A DNA stretch of 59,807 nt, the filler included. It is 4 parts of 4 records of this genome, joined end to end, with 100 filler letters (N's around TTAATTAATTAA, not from the genome) between each part and the next. Parts side by side here need not be neighbours in the genome. Positions count along the whole stretch, not along the records: positions 31,954 to 40,750 come from DRR723986_2423; 3 more parts are not named here. One strand, given 5' to 3'. Below are positions 32,199-40,750 of this stretch, in pieces. How positions within the stretch are numbered: the first letter of the stretch is position 1; each line of letters opens with the position of its first letter. Under the pieces are notes generated by a model. That model did no database searches. It was not told the DNA's origin and saw only the letters and a list, made by a program, of their open reading frames with translations. The translations under genes and the position numbers were made by a program.

Positions 32199-32286
32199 CT
32201 CAGATATTTTAGTCTTGCGGCTCAGTGGTAAACAAAAAAATCATAAAAAGTAAGCTACCGAAACGCAGTGAGGGAGCGCAGCGGTC
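32199..32286. repeat. 88-nt conserved intergenic element, copy 1
   Basis: Ungapped match to 33773-33860, 76/88 identical by manual count. Confidence 0.9.
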
Positions 32287-32352
32287 TCAGGCTGTTGCCA
32301 AAGTCGCAAGTGTTTAAGGTGTTTCGCAAATATAAGTTATTGTAGAGTGATG

Positions 32353-33624
32353 CTAGCGTAAAAGGGAACCCTGCAGGATGATTGTAGAGTTATCGATGAG
32401 TCTGTAAACATAAACTCCGCGCGCTAGTGTCTCAATGTTAACTGTCGCAGATTGCGCCGAAATGTTGAATTCCCGAGAACGACCATCCATAGAGATGATT
32501 TGTAATAGGTATGATGTCGAAGCCTGTAGCCCCTCGAAGGCTAAATTGTTGCCACGTCGTTGAGTTTTAATACCACTGTCAATTAATGTCTCGCGGATGG
32601 AAGTTGTTAAACGGTCAAAACGGTAGACACGCGCACGGCCGGAGAAGTAAACGTAGTTGCCGAAGCTGTGGACATCGTATAAATCCAGATTAGGTGTGGG
32701 AGTAAACGTTTCGTTCCACACGCCGCCTTGCAGCCGATAGTAGATTTTGCCATCCCGACCAATACCAAACACGTCACCTTGTGATGTAACTGTTCCGCCG
32801 CTAAGATGCCCTAATCTCCCGTCTGAGTATTCAACCGACCAATTTTTTCCATTGTCAGTTGAACGCGCAATTGCATCTCTGTTCCAAAGGCTTCCAAAGC
32901 CGTAGAGGTCACCATTTCTTGAGCGACTGAGTGCAAATAGAATTAGACCATCCGGGGTTTCATATTCCAGTAGCTTCCAGGTATTGCCACTGTCGCCGCT
33001 GCCGTAGAGTCGAAGTTCAAATGGGGTGGAATTATCAAAAACTCCGATAGCCAGAATCTCGGAACCCAGAACCTCCATGGCTCTGACCTTAAAATTCTGG
33101 TCCTGGAAACGCAGCTGCCAGGTTGCGCCGCCATCGTTCGATTTATATATTCTGCCGTCATTACCGGCGGCAAGGATTTCTGACTCATTCAAATACTTGA
33201 CAGTATATATGTCGGTCTTTGGAAAACCTTCGGACTGCGGATCAATGACATTATCTGTCCAGGTTACGCCACCATCCAGTGTATGCGCAACTAAAGCAGT
33301 ATCCTGGCGCGTAGATCCCATAACAATAAAGTTGTCTTTCGACAAAAGTTCGACTCCATAATAATCGCGATCCGGATGAGACTGAATTTCCCAATTCTGC
33401 CCATAGTCATTTGTAATTGCTACCATTCCAAATCGTTCCAAAAATGAATTCCACCGGGTACTGGCCACAACTCCAAAGCCATTATCCAGAAATTGTACTC
33501 CATAATGCAAGTCGAGTGTTTGCGGATAGATGCTCTCGAGTTTTAACTGGCCATGAGCATTATTGAAAGGAGTTGCTATCGCGATGGCGATTAGGACAGC
33601 GAGACGAAGAATAGCTTGTTGCAT
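32353..33624 (-). CDS. Secreted Asp-box/BNR (YCF48-like) beta-propeller protein with degenerate T9SS-like CTD, paralog 1 (423 aa)
   Basis: Signal peptide ...AHG|QLKL; Asp boxes TNDYGQNW, TLDGGVTW, SNDGGATW, SGDSGNTW, STDNGKNW; tail LARGVYVYRL...GSLLR. Start reassigned to ATG 33624. Confidence 0.8.
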   Translation of the reverse strand: MQQAILRLAVLIAIAIATPFNNAHGQLKLESIYPQTLDLHYGVQFLDNGFGVVASTRWNSFLERFGMVAITNDYGQNWEIQSHPDRDYYGVELLSKDNFIVMGSTRQDTALVAHTLDGGVTWTDNVIDPQSEGFPKTDIYTVKYLNESEILAAGNDGRIYKSNDGGATWQLRFQDQNFKVRAMEVLGSEILAIGVFDNSTPFELRLYGSGDSGNTWKLLEYETPDGLILFALSRSRNGDLYGFGSLWNRDAIARSTDNGKNWSVEYSDGRLGHLSGGTVTSQGDVFGIGRDGKIYYRLQGGVWNETFTPTPNLDLYDVHSFGNYVYFSGRARVYRFDRLTTSIRETLIDSGIKTQRRGNNLAFEGLQASTSYLLQIISMDGRSREFNISAQSATVNIETLARGVYVYRLIDNSTIILQGSLLR

Positions 33625-33723
33625 GTGATGTTCCTGAATAATCAATACTGGTGTACTTGGCGCATTCGCGGCAACGAACATGGGCAAGCCGAAAATAGTG
33701 TGTTAAGGATCAGCGGGAATAGT

Positions 33724-33731
33724 CAAATATA
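33724..33731 (-). promoter_or_regulatory. Candidate Bacteroidota-type -7 promoter element TATATTTG
   Basis: Matches TAnnTTTG on the minus strand, 100 nt upstream of the paralog 1 start. Confidence 0.45.
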
Positions 33732-33772
33732 CAAAAAGTCAGTCGATATCCTGTTCAGAGTACCGAGACCGA

Positions 33773-33860
33773 CTCAAATGTTTAAGTCTTGGGGTTGAGT
33801 GATAAACAAGAAACTCATGAAAAGTAAGCTACCGCAACGCAGAGAGGGAGCGCAGCGGTC
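33773..33860. repeat. 88-nt conserved intergenic element, copy 2
   Basis: Ungapped match to 32199-32286 at an offset of 1574 nt. Confidence 0.9.
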
Positions 33861-33927
33861 AGGAAAGATTGCCGATGAATATGCGTGCAATGATATGCCG
33901 GAAATGTTGCCACGACAGCAATCCGAC

Positions 33928-35199
33928 TTAACGCAATAGCGTGCCGCTCAGAACACTGGCACCGTTCTCCACAAGCATATAGGTGTAAACACCACCCGCC
34001 AAATGTGAAATGTCGAGGCTGGGGTTTGATGCTGAAATGTTAAATTCCTGTGAACGGCCATCGACTGTTGCAAGCCGCAAGTAGTACGTGTTTGCAGGGT
34101 TGAGAGTGGAAATGATAATGACTCCCTGACGGTGTGAAAACGAATGCTTATTGTGTTCCGTGGAACTGCTAACAGCTGTCGTTGCAGTGTTTAAGCGGTA
34201 CATGCCCGCACGACCAGCAAAATAGACGTAACCTTCGGCGCCATGCACGCTGAAGTAATCCATCTCGATCTCAGTCGTCATCTCGCGCCAGTCCTTGCCG
34301 CGCAGCTTATACAGAATTTTGCCGTTATCGCCGGCGGCAAAAATATTATTCTGACTGTCGATGTAACCACCTTCACAGCGACCGGGATCGTCGCTGGCGT
34401 ATTCCAGTGTCCAGGTGCGTCCGTCGTCGATGGAACGGGTGATTGCGAAACGATTCTCCTCGTGACCAAATCCGTAGAGGACACCATCCTCAGCGTACAC
34501 GATTCGATCCAGGCCAACGCCGTCTGGAAGTGTCGACTGCTGCTCTTCCCAGGTGCTGCCGGCGTCCTGACTTGTGAATATCTGGTTGTTAACAAATCCA
34601 CCCGCGGCTTCAAGAACCATGTTTGCCAGGACTGTGTTACCCTGCATTTCAATGCTTTTAATCACACTAACATCATTGGAGACTACCCGTTCCCATGTGA
34701 TGCCGCCATCGTAGCTCTTAAGAATGCTGCCGAAAAAGCCACCAATGACAATAACAAAATCATCAAAATACACGGCTTCGATTGCACGCGCAAAACCACG
34801 GAGCTGGAGGGATTCGCCAAAGTTCGTTTCTTCCCAGGTTGTTCCGCCATCAAACGTGCGCCGTACCAGGCCATTGTCAAGCGACTCTGAACCAAGCACC
34901 AGAAAGTCGCGTTCGTCGTTGATTTCAACTCCAACATAGGCGTGGTTGGGAGTAAGACTTAACTCCCAGGTGTCACCACCATCGCGTGTAATGCCAATGA
35001 TTCCCGCGATGTTTTCCGGGTCTTCAACATGCGCTCCTACCGCAATACCGAAACTGTTGTCTACAAACTGCACGTCAAAAATACTGCCTTCAGCTTCGGG
35101 AAAGACCAAGTCCAGCTTAAGCTGCGCCTGGGCGCAAGGCACCGCAATTAAAAAAACAACTGATAGCAGCGTTAGTCCAACTGGTAGTTTAAGTCGCAT
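33928..35199 (-). CDS. Secreted Asp-box/BNR beta-propeller protein with degenerate T9SS-like CTD, paralog 2 (423 aa)
   Basis: GGAGG RBS before ATG 35199; signal ...AQA|QLKL; TRDGGDTW, TFDGGTTW, SYDGGITW, SQDAGSTW, SIDDGRTW; tail LAGGVYTYML...GTLLR. Confidence 0.8.
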   Translation of the reverse strand: MRLKLPVGLTLLSVVFLIAVPCAQAQLKLDLVFPEAEGSIFDVQFVDNSFGIAVGAHVEDPENIAGIIGITRDGGDTWELSLTPNHAYVGVEINDERDFLVLGSESLDNGLVRRTFDGGTTWEETNFGESLQLRGFARAIEAVYFDDFVIVIGGFFGSILKSYDGGITWERVVSNDVSVIKSIEMQGNTVLANMVLEAAGGFVNNQIFTSQDAGSTWEEQQSTLPDGVGLDRIVYAEDGVLYGFGHEENRFAITRSIDDGRTWTLEYASDDPGRCEGGYIDSQNNIFAAGDNGKILYKLRGKDWREMTTEIEMDYFSVHGAEGYVYFAGRAGMYRLNTATTAVSSSTEHNKHSFSHRQGVIIISTLNPANTYYLRLATVDGRSQEFNISASNPSLDISHLAGGVYTYMLVENGASVLSGTLLR

Positions 35200-35330
35200 T
35201 CTAGCCTCCGGGAAACCGGGTTTGGGAACAAAAATTACTGGCGTAATGAAGGCTTGCACGCATTCAATAGCTAGGCAGATGATTCCCGGAGGCAAAGAGT
35301 TACACTCAGGAGCAAACGATCTAGAGTTTC

Positions 35331-36626
35331 TTAGTACTGAAGCAGTGCCCCGCTTTGCACTTGCCGGCCGTCAACGATGATCGCATAAACATATGCGCCG
35401 TCACTCACGTTGGCCAGGTTTATCTGTTCGCCGGCAGTTACGCTATAATCAATATGCTGCCCGGACATAGAACTGAGCCGTAAGGTGAACGCGTCCGGGA
35501 GACCGTGGCCGGAGATGTCGATTGTTTTGTTTGCAGGGTTGTGAAAAACAACAAAGTCGCGCGCCTGGGCCTGGCGTGGATCCGTAACCGAGGTCGGTAC
35601 GTTTTTGCGTTCGTAGATACGACCCGTTGAAGAGGTAAACCAAACGGATTCCTGCGATCCGCTGACATCCCAAATGAACGCGTCACCTGCCGTATGGTAC
35701 TCCTGCCATGCCTGCCCATCCAGGTTAAACAGAATTTTGCCGTCGGTCCCGGCGCCGTAGACTGCACCCTGTGGACTCATATAACTACACTTTAAGGAAC
35801 CCTGATCATTGGAACCGTATTCCAGGCTCCAGTCCTGACCGTTATTTGTGGAGCGCCCGACGGCGAAATTGTCGTCAACTTTGCCAAAACCGAGGACATC
35901 ACCCTTGTTTGTAAATTCTACAGTTTCAATGTTAAAACCCGTTGGTAAATTAGCTTCGAGAGTGTTCCATGTTAAGCCGTCGTCGGCGCTGGAGTAAAGC
36001 CGATATACAGGCAGGTCGTCGACTTCACTACTTGCGCAGGCAATGTGCAGTTTATCCTTGTGGCGCACGTTCCAAATTGACCAGTCAGCATCGTTGTGTG
36101 TGGTTGTCCAGCTGGTTCCGTTATCCGTGGAGCGCACAACTGCGCCGTTAAACCCGGCCGCCAGCATGTCCTGATCGTTGAGATATTCAATGTGATACAA
36201 ACTGGTTACCATGGGGCGGTTGCCGCCGTTAAACAGCAGGTTTGTCCATGTGGCTCCATCGTCGCGCGAACGCAGTACTATCGCGCTATTGGACAGGTGG
36301 AAACCGGCAACGCTGATTTCGCGGTTGCTGTTGATGTCCACACTGAAAAAGAGCGCACCGCCAAGTGTGCCAAACTCCCAATCCTGACCGCCATTTTTGG
36401 TGGTCGCCAAGATTCCGGTGAAGTCCGAGCTGGACGCAACGAAGAAACCAACCGCAACGCCAAAGTTCTCATCCGCAAATTTAACTTCGCGTATCTGAGT
36501 GCCAGCGGGCGATTCAAGAGAAGTGCTTAAATCCAGTTGCGCGTTAAGCACAGAGCCGCAGATACAGAGTAGTCCCAGGAAAGTTAAAAACTTGGTAGTA
36601 ATCTTGATTGCCATCGTCCGTTCCAT
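35331..36626 (-). CDS. Secreted Asp-box/BNR beta-propeller protein with T9SS-like CTD, paralog 3
   Basis: Signal ...LNA|QLDL; TKNGGQDW, SRDDGATW, STDNGTSW, SADDGLTW, STNNGQDW; FHNPANK...GAYVYAI tail. Alternative start 36614. Confidence 0.8.
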   Translation of the reverse strand: MERTMAIKITTKFLTFLGLLCICGSVLNAQLDLSTSLESPAGTQIREVKFADENFGVAVGFFVASSSDFTGILATTKNGGQDWEFGTLGGALFFSVDINSNREISVAGFHLSNSAIVLRSRDDGATWTNLLFNGGNRPMVTSLYHIEYLNDQDMLAAGFNGAVVRSTDNGTSWTTTHNDADWSIWNVRHKDKLHIACASSEVDDLPVYRLYSSADDGLTWNTLEANLPTGFNIETVEFTNKGDVLGFGKVDDNFAVGRSTNNGQDWSLEYGSNDQGSLKCSYMSPQGAVYGAGTDGKILFNLDGQAWQEYHTAGDAFIWDVSGSQESVWFTSSTGRIYERKNVPTSVTDPRQAQARDFVVFHNPANKTIDISGHGLPDAFTLRLSSMSGQHIDYSVTAGEQINLANVSDGAYVYAIIVDGRQVQSGALLQY

Positions 36627-36702
36627 AAAAGTAATGATTAAATGCGAATTGTTGGTAAGTGCTGCAGCTCAATTCAGGAGCAGAGATGCACCAGCAGCAG
36701 CC

Positions 36703-36733
36703 TGGTTACGTGCAAAGTGGCGTTTGGTCACGT
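36703..36733. promoter_or_regulatory. Candidate LytTR-type direct repeat
   Basis: TGGTTACGT (36703-36711) and TGGTCACGT (36725-36733), 22-nt period, in the divergent promoter region. Confidence 0.45.
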
Positions 36734-36908
36734 CAAATATGTGAAGCTTATTGAATCTGCGGTGAAACAGGAGCCTGCCACCACAAATGCATTCGTCGCA
36801 GGAAAGTGAGTGTTTAGCGTGGGAATTCGCATTTTCGTAGATTATTAGCGCGTTAGAACAGGCGATCTGCTTGATTTAAGCATGTGCTGATGGATTATAC
36901 GAGTTGGG

Positions 36909-37991
36909 ATGGGTGTGGCCGAATTAATGCGACAGCGTAGACTGGGGCAGCGTCTGCTGCGATGGGGCAATCTGATCTGGATTCATATCCTGTTTTGGAT
37001 TTTGTTCCTGGCCGACCGCAGTTATACCGTCTACCGTTACTACCTGAGTGACTATGGTTACCTGACGGCGCTGATTGTTAACGTCACAGATGTGGCCATC
37101 ATCGCGTTCCTGTTTTATGTGAACTACGCGGTTTTGCTGCCCTACCTTCTGCGCAAATCCAAGTATCTGCAGTACGCGGCCGCTGTGCTGACATTGGTGG
37201 CCGTGACCTTTGGTTTGCAATACTGGTATGCGATTTTCATTTCTGAATTGCTGGTTGATTGTGAGACCTATCTGCGCAGTTTTGAGGGCAGCATGCCCTA
37301 CTACATCTTTCAGGATATGTTTTATGTCGTCGTCAGCACGGGCGCGCGTTTTACCTCGGACTGGTTTCGTGACCGCCGCCTGCGCAAGGAACTCGAAGAG
37401 TACAAAGTCAGCTCCGAACTGGCGATGCTGAAGTATCAGATAAGTCCGCATTTCCTGCACAATACCTTGCACAATATTAACTATTTGGTGCAGGCGCAGC
37501 CGCAGCAGGCGAGTGAAGCAATTGTTAAACTCTCGGGCCTGATGCGTTACATGTTACACTCGGCCAAGCAGGACTACCTTGAGTTGCGCGCTGAATTTGA
37601 CTATCTGCGTCGATTCATTGAGTTGCAGGCTATTCGTCTACCGCGCCCCGAAATTGTTGAATTTGAGGTTGACGCGCTTGTAGCTGAGCCGGAGAGTTTA
37701 AGTCAGAAGATTCGGCCGCTGCTTCTTGTCACATTTGTGGAGAACGCCTTTAAACACGGTGATGTCACAAGTTCCGACGCTCGGATTTACATCCGCGCAG
37801 AAGTAAAACAGGGATTTTTAGTGTTCGAAGTGTTTAATCGTGTGACGGCACGTACCAAGGAAGATACAACCGGGATTGGCATCGCGAATGTACGCCGGCG
37901 TCTGGAGCTGCTTTACCCTGGGCGTTACAGTCTGGACATTAAACAAGGTGAAGCCGAGTACTGCGTAACACTTCGTCTGGAGTTGTCATGA
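36909..37991 (+). CDS. LytS/YehU-family sensor histidine kinase
   Basis: N-terminal TMs; LKYQISPHFLHNTL, LSGLMRYML, VENAFKHG, TGIGIANVRRRLELLYP. Confidence 0.92.
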   Translation: MGVAELMRQRRLGQRLLRWGNLIWIHILFWILFLADRSYTVYRYYLSDYGYLTALIVNVTDVAIIAFLFYVNYAVLLPYLLRKSKYLQYAAAVLTLVAVTFGLQYWYAIFISELLVDCETYLRSFEGSMPYYIFQDMFYVVVSTGARFTSDWFRDRRLRKELEEYKVSSELAMLKYQISPHFLHNTLHNINYLVQAQPQQASEAIVKLSGLMRYMLHSAKQDYLELRAEFDYLRRFIELQAIRLPRPEIVEFEVDALVAEPESLSQKIRPLLLVTFVENAFKHGDVTSSDARIYIRAEVKQGFLVFEVFNRVTARTKEDTTGIGIANVRRRLELLYPGRYSLDIKQGEAEYCVTLRLELS

Positions 37992-38698
37992 TCTTAAAAT
38001 GTCTGGTTCTGGACGACGAGCCCTTGGCCTGCAAGTTTCTGGAAGACTGCATTGGCCGCGTTGATTTACTCGAGCTGGTGGCCAGTAGTACATCTCCCTT
38101 GGAGGCGATGGCAATTATGCGTCAGCGTTCCGTAGATGTGCTTTTTCTGGATATTCAGATGCCCGAAATAAACGGCCTGGAGCTGCTGGCTTCAATGCAG
38201 CACCCACCACATGTTGTCATGACAACGGCCTATGACGAGTTTGCCGTCGAGAGTTACAATTACAATGTTGTCGATTATTTACTTAAACCCTTCAGTTTTG
38301 CTCGTTTCCTTAAAGCTGTTGACAAGTTAAGCACGGCAACTGCAGTGGGCGCCCCGGCGCGCGAATCAAGCAGCGCACTCGACTATATATTTGTAAATGT
38401 TAACGGGGCAATAGAGCGATTGGACCTAAGCGAAATTTACTTCATCAAAGGCATGGGTGACTACGTTGGGATTCGGACTGCCGAGACAACAATTATGGTG
38501 CGCGACAATCTTAAACATCTTGAGCAACTCTTGAGCGGCAGTAAGTTCATGCGCGTGCACAAATCCTACATTGTTGCATCGGGCAAGATTGAATCGGTAC
38601 GTGGAAATTCCATCAAGATCCAAAATGAGTCGATAAGTATTGGCGCATTGTATCGCAGTGCCTTTCTGGCGGAGTTAAACAGACTGAAGATCGGTTGA
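37988..38698 (+). CDS. LytTR-family response regulator
   Basis: LDDEPLA, LFLDIQMP, TTAYDEFA, DYLLKP, FMRVHKSYIV; ATGA overlap with the kinase. Confidence 0.94.
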   Translation: MILKCLVLDDEPLACKFLEDCIGRVDLLELVASSTSPLEAMAIMRQRSVDVLFLDIQMPEINGLELLASMQHPPHVVMTTAYDEFAVESYNYNVVDYLLKPFSFARFLKAVDKLSTATAVGAPARESSSALDYIFVNVNGAIERLDLSEIYFIKGMGDYVGIRTAETTIMVRDNLKHLEQLLSGSKFMRVHKSYIVASGKIESVRGNSIKIQNESISIGALYRSAFLAELNRLKIG

Positions 38699-38756
38699 GA
38701 GAGCTGTAGTTGTTCGTTGGTGCGTTTTGAGGTAGTTCTCTTAGCTTCAAGAAACA

Positions 38757-38781
38757 AGCTGTTAGCCTAAGGCTAACAGCT
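38757..38781. terminator. Perfect inverted repeat between convergent genes (possible terminator)
   Basis: AGCTGTTAGCCT-A-AGGCTAACAGCT; no clear U-tract. Confidence 0.5.
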
Positions 38782-38825
38782 CTAACTGACAGCAAAACTG
38801 TCTGAAATCCATCACAAGCCACTGA

Positions 38826-39935
38826 TTAGTCAGCTTTAATAATTTTGTGCACCGCGTCACCAACACGCAGCAGATACATGCCGCGCGCAAGTGAATTCAG
38901 CTCCAGGCGCGTGCGTGATCCAACAAGTTCGCCACTGCTCACCAGTCCGCCCAGCATGTTCGTCAGCCGGTAGTCCAGGCGCCGTGGCGTGTCCAGACTT
39001 ATCGTCACAAACTCACTCGCTGGATTTGGGTGCAGGGTGATGCGCGGCGTGGGACGCTCCTCAGCAACCGAGACCGAAGTATCGCTCGGTTCGTAGCGGC
39101 TAAAAAAGTCCCAGACAACATCGGCGCCATTCAGCCCGGTCTCTTCTTCCGTCGGCCAGTCATGCTCCAGCTCGTCAATCAAATAGTACCAAACCTCATT
39201 GCCGCCCAGTGGGTTGCGGAAGAAAGTCGCCGTCGTAAGTCCCGAAATCTGCTTGATCTCCGGGATCGTCACATCGTTTAGTCGTACCCAGAAATCGACA
39301 ATCAGGTCGAGCCTGGGAGCGCCGCCCCAGCCACCGGGAAATGACATGCTGCCGTCCGTGGGCACAAAGTCGTCCGCCAGTCCATGCATTTGCAGCACCG
39401 GAACCGGATTGAGTGGATCACAGCTTTCCCAGGTAGCGCCACTCATCAGCCCCGAAACCGAAGCGATCGCGCGGAAGACGTCCGAAGCCTCGCAGGCGAG
39501 TGTATAACTCATGAAGCCGCCGTTAGAAAAACCAGCCGAAAAGGTCCGCGCCGGATCCAGATTGTGTTCTGCCTGCAAATGTTTCGCCAGCCGCGTCAAA
39601 AAACCAATGTCGTCCACCTGGCTCAGCGTCAGGCCCGCATTCCAATGCGCAATGCCAAATCCAGTGCGCCAGCCCTGCGGATAACAGACCGCAAAGCCGT
39701 GCCGGTCCGCCAACGCATCAAAACCGAGGCTGTCCTGCATCCTGTCGTTCGACGAAGAAAAGCCGTGCAGCACAAAAACCAGCGGTGCGTTATCCGGCGC
39801 GGAGGAGGGCTTGTAAAAGTGGTACTCGCGGTCCAGACCGTCGTGCTCAAACTCAATATCTTGCTGCGCCGGCAGCTCCGCCGTAGCGAGCCACAACAGA
39901 CTCAGCAAGCTCAGGGCAAGTGCGTGAAGTTTCAT
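38826..39935 (-). CDS. PHB-depolymerase/LpqC-family esterase with T9SS C-terminal sorting domain
   Basis: Signal ...LPA|QQD; PLVFVLHG, YPQG, GFSNGG nucleophile motif, HGLADD, HDWP; CTD HPNPASE...GMYLLRV...KIIK. Confidence 0.88.
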   Translation of the reverse strand: MKLHALALSLLSLLWLATAELPAQQDIEFEHDGLDREYHFYKPSSAPDNAPLVFVLHGFSSSNDRMQDSLGFDALADRHGFAVCYPQGWRTGFGIAHWNAGLTLSQVDDIGFLTRLAKHLQAEHNLDPARTFSAGFSNGGFMSYTLACEASDVFRAIASVSGLMSGATWESCDPLNPVPVLQMHGLADDFVPTDGSMSFPGGWGGAPRLDLIVDFWVRLNDVTIPEIKQISGLTTATFFRNPLGGNEVWYYLIDELEHDWPTEEETGLNGADVVWDFFSRYEPSDTSVSVAEERPTPRITLHPNPASEFVTISLDTPRRLDYRLTNMLGGLVSSGELVGSRTRLELNSLARGMYLLRVGDAVHKIIKAD

Positions 39936-40453
39936 TACAGGTTTCGTGTTTGTACAGAGTTGAGGTCATATGACCATCGTAATATAAGGTCCAAAGTCCA
40001 GCGTGCGGGCCAAACTTCCGGACTTCTCAGGTGTACGTCCCAAACCTCACCGAATTGTAACTGCAGCAGTTTCCAATCTGTTGCTCTTCGGCCGATTTTG
40101 CACGGACATCCCTGAATGTACCGAGACACACCGGTCCGCTTCTGCTCCCATACAGCTTTGGGCGGTGCATCCATCAGGCTAAAAACACGCTTTTCTCACA
40201 AAGGTAGCAGAATGACGTTTAGGCCCTTGTACTTTTGTTTTCAGGCATCGCACAGCAAAAAACTGGTGGCCTTGTTGGCCTGTGGGTATTTGATGTCGTG
40301 AGTTTTGCACTTCGCCACATTTGCAAGGTGCAAGGTATCACATGTCGCATCGGCATGTTTCTGGTGGCTTGTTTTCTTGAGCGCTGCGCCGCCGCACTTC
40401 GTGCTTTTAGCGGCTTACTTGTGATGATCATGTTTGTCGCTGAGAGGACAGGT

Positions 40454-40516
40454 TGAAGTCTTTGAGACTGTTAACAGTCTTGCAGCTTGAAGACTTCAGG
40501 TCTGTTAACAGTCTCA
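40454..40516. repeat. Nested palindromes / inverted repeats
   Basis: Perfect palindrome AGACTGTTAACAGTCT (40465-40480); 15-bp IR 40463-40477/40502-40516; 9-bp IR 40454-40462/40490-40498. Confidence 0.75.
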
Positions 40517-40750
40517 CAACTCAGAGAATTTAGGCGCAGTGACTAAAAGACTTCTGGCTCCGAGGCTTGGGGTTTAGCGGGTAACACGGTTGATTGAGTC
40601 ATCTACAGTTGGTCAGCATACTGTCGCTACAGAATGCGGCGCACTTTGCCGCTGGCGAAGGTTGCGTCTTGCGTGGGAGCCGTGCAAGTGCAATGATTTG
40701 CTAAGGTTTGTACCGCTGAGATTATTTGCCTTGCATTGAATGTTTACTCA

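Noticed and set aside
32199-33860. Duplicated element as a CRISPR repeat
   Set aside because: Only two copies, 1574 nt apart and separated by a gene; no spacers or cas genes.
39936-40456. Short ORFs of 61-79 aa upstream of the esterase
   Set aside because: Mutually overlapping, with no RBS, motif or compositional support; treated as non-coding.
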